Of a stretch of 43,981 bases of DNA, positions 43,927-43,981 are shown piece by piece. Both the position numbers and the translations under genes were made by a program. Within the stretch, counting starts at the first letter, position 1; each line of letters opens with the position of its first letter. A model generated the notes under the pieces. The model saw nothing but the letters and a program-made list of their open reading frames with translations, had not been told where the DNA came from and searched no databases. The DNA is taken from IMG/VR virus record IMGVR_UViG_3300045988_012512, positions 1 to 43,981 of that record; one strand, given 5' to 3'. Source of the DNA: a virus. Its lineage: Duplodnaviria; Heunggongvirae; Uroviricota; Caudoviricetes.

Positions 43927-43981
43927 GAATAATGTTGTTGATGCGCGCACCATCTAGCGCTACCCGCGGCGGCTTGACTAC
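43927..43981. repeat. second copy of the 55-bp terminal direct repeat
   Basis: Identical to positions 1..55. Confidence 0.85.

Noticed and set aside
1-43981. Integrase, excisionase-attachment pair, CRISPR array or transposase (temperate or mobile-element hallmarks)
   Set aside because: No tyrosine or serine recombinase-sized ORF with appropriate motifs, no spaced direct-repeat array and no inverted-repeat-flanked transposase gene. The only selfish element is the free-standing homing-endonuclease-like gene.

Overview
The window is essentially one complete genome (unit length about 43.9 kb) of a virulent tailed dsDNA phage, linearised inside its tailspike gene. Positions 1-55 are repeated exactly at 43927-43981, and the minus-strand tailspike reading frame is continuous across that junction. 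Layout: (i) a minus-strand block running from about 30.9 kb down to 24.9 kb, made of many short, translationally coupled early genes and ending in a lysis cassette (two holin-like proteins and a GH24-type endolysin); (ii) a minus-strand morphogenesis block running from 24.7 kb down through the window start and wrapping to 42.5 kb (terminase small and large subunits, portal, Mu-F-like head protein, overlapped spanin pair, scaffold, major capsid, neck proteins, major tail, chaperones, tape measure, lambda-like tip proteins, tailspike); (iii) a plus-strand replication and recombination block at 31.2-42.5 kb (HTH protein, primase/helicase-like protein, XRE repressor on the opposite strand, Cas4-like nuclease, T7 gp2.5-like SSB, family A DNA polymerase, VRR-NUC nuclease, SNF2-like helicase). 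Two plus-strand accessory islands sit inside the minus-strand structural block: at 9.0-11.5 kb (superinfection-immunity-like peptide, HTH-metallophosphoesterase, HAD phosphatase, dNMP kinase) and at 18.5-19.1 kb (a half-size homologue of the bacterial beta sliding clamp DnaN). Family assignments rest on motifs I recognise by eye, not on searches. The overall organisation resembles Jersey-like siphoviruses, but that is inference. I found no tRNA, rRNA, CRISPR array, integrase or transposase. The best candidates for something undescribed are the truncated DnaN-like gene, the nucleotide-processing island in the tail module, a repeated 27-nt hairpin element, and a possible small RNA between two tandem terminators.
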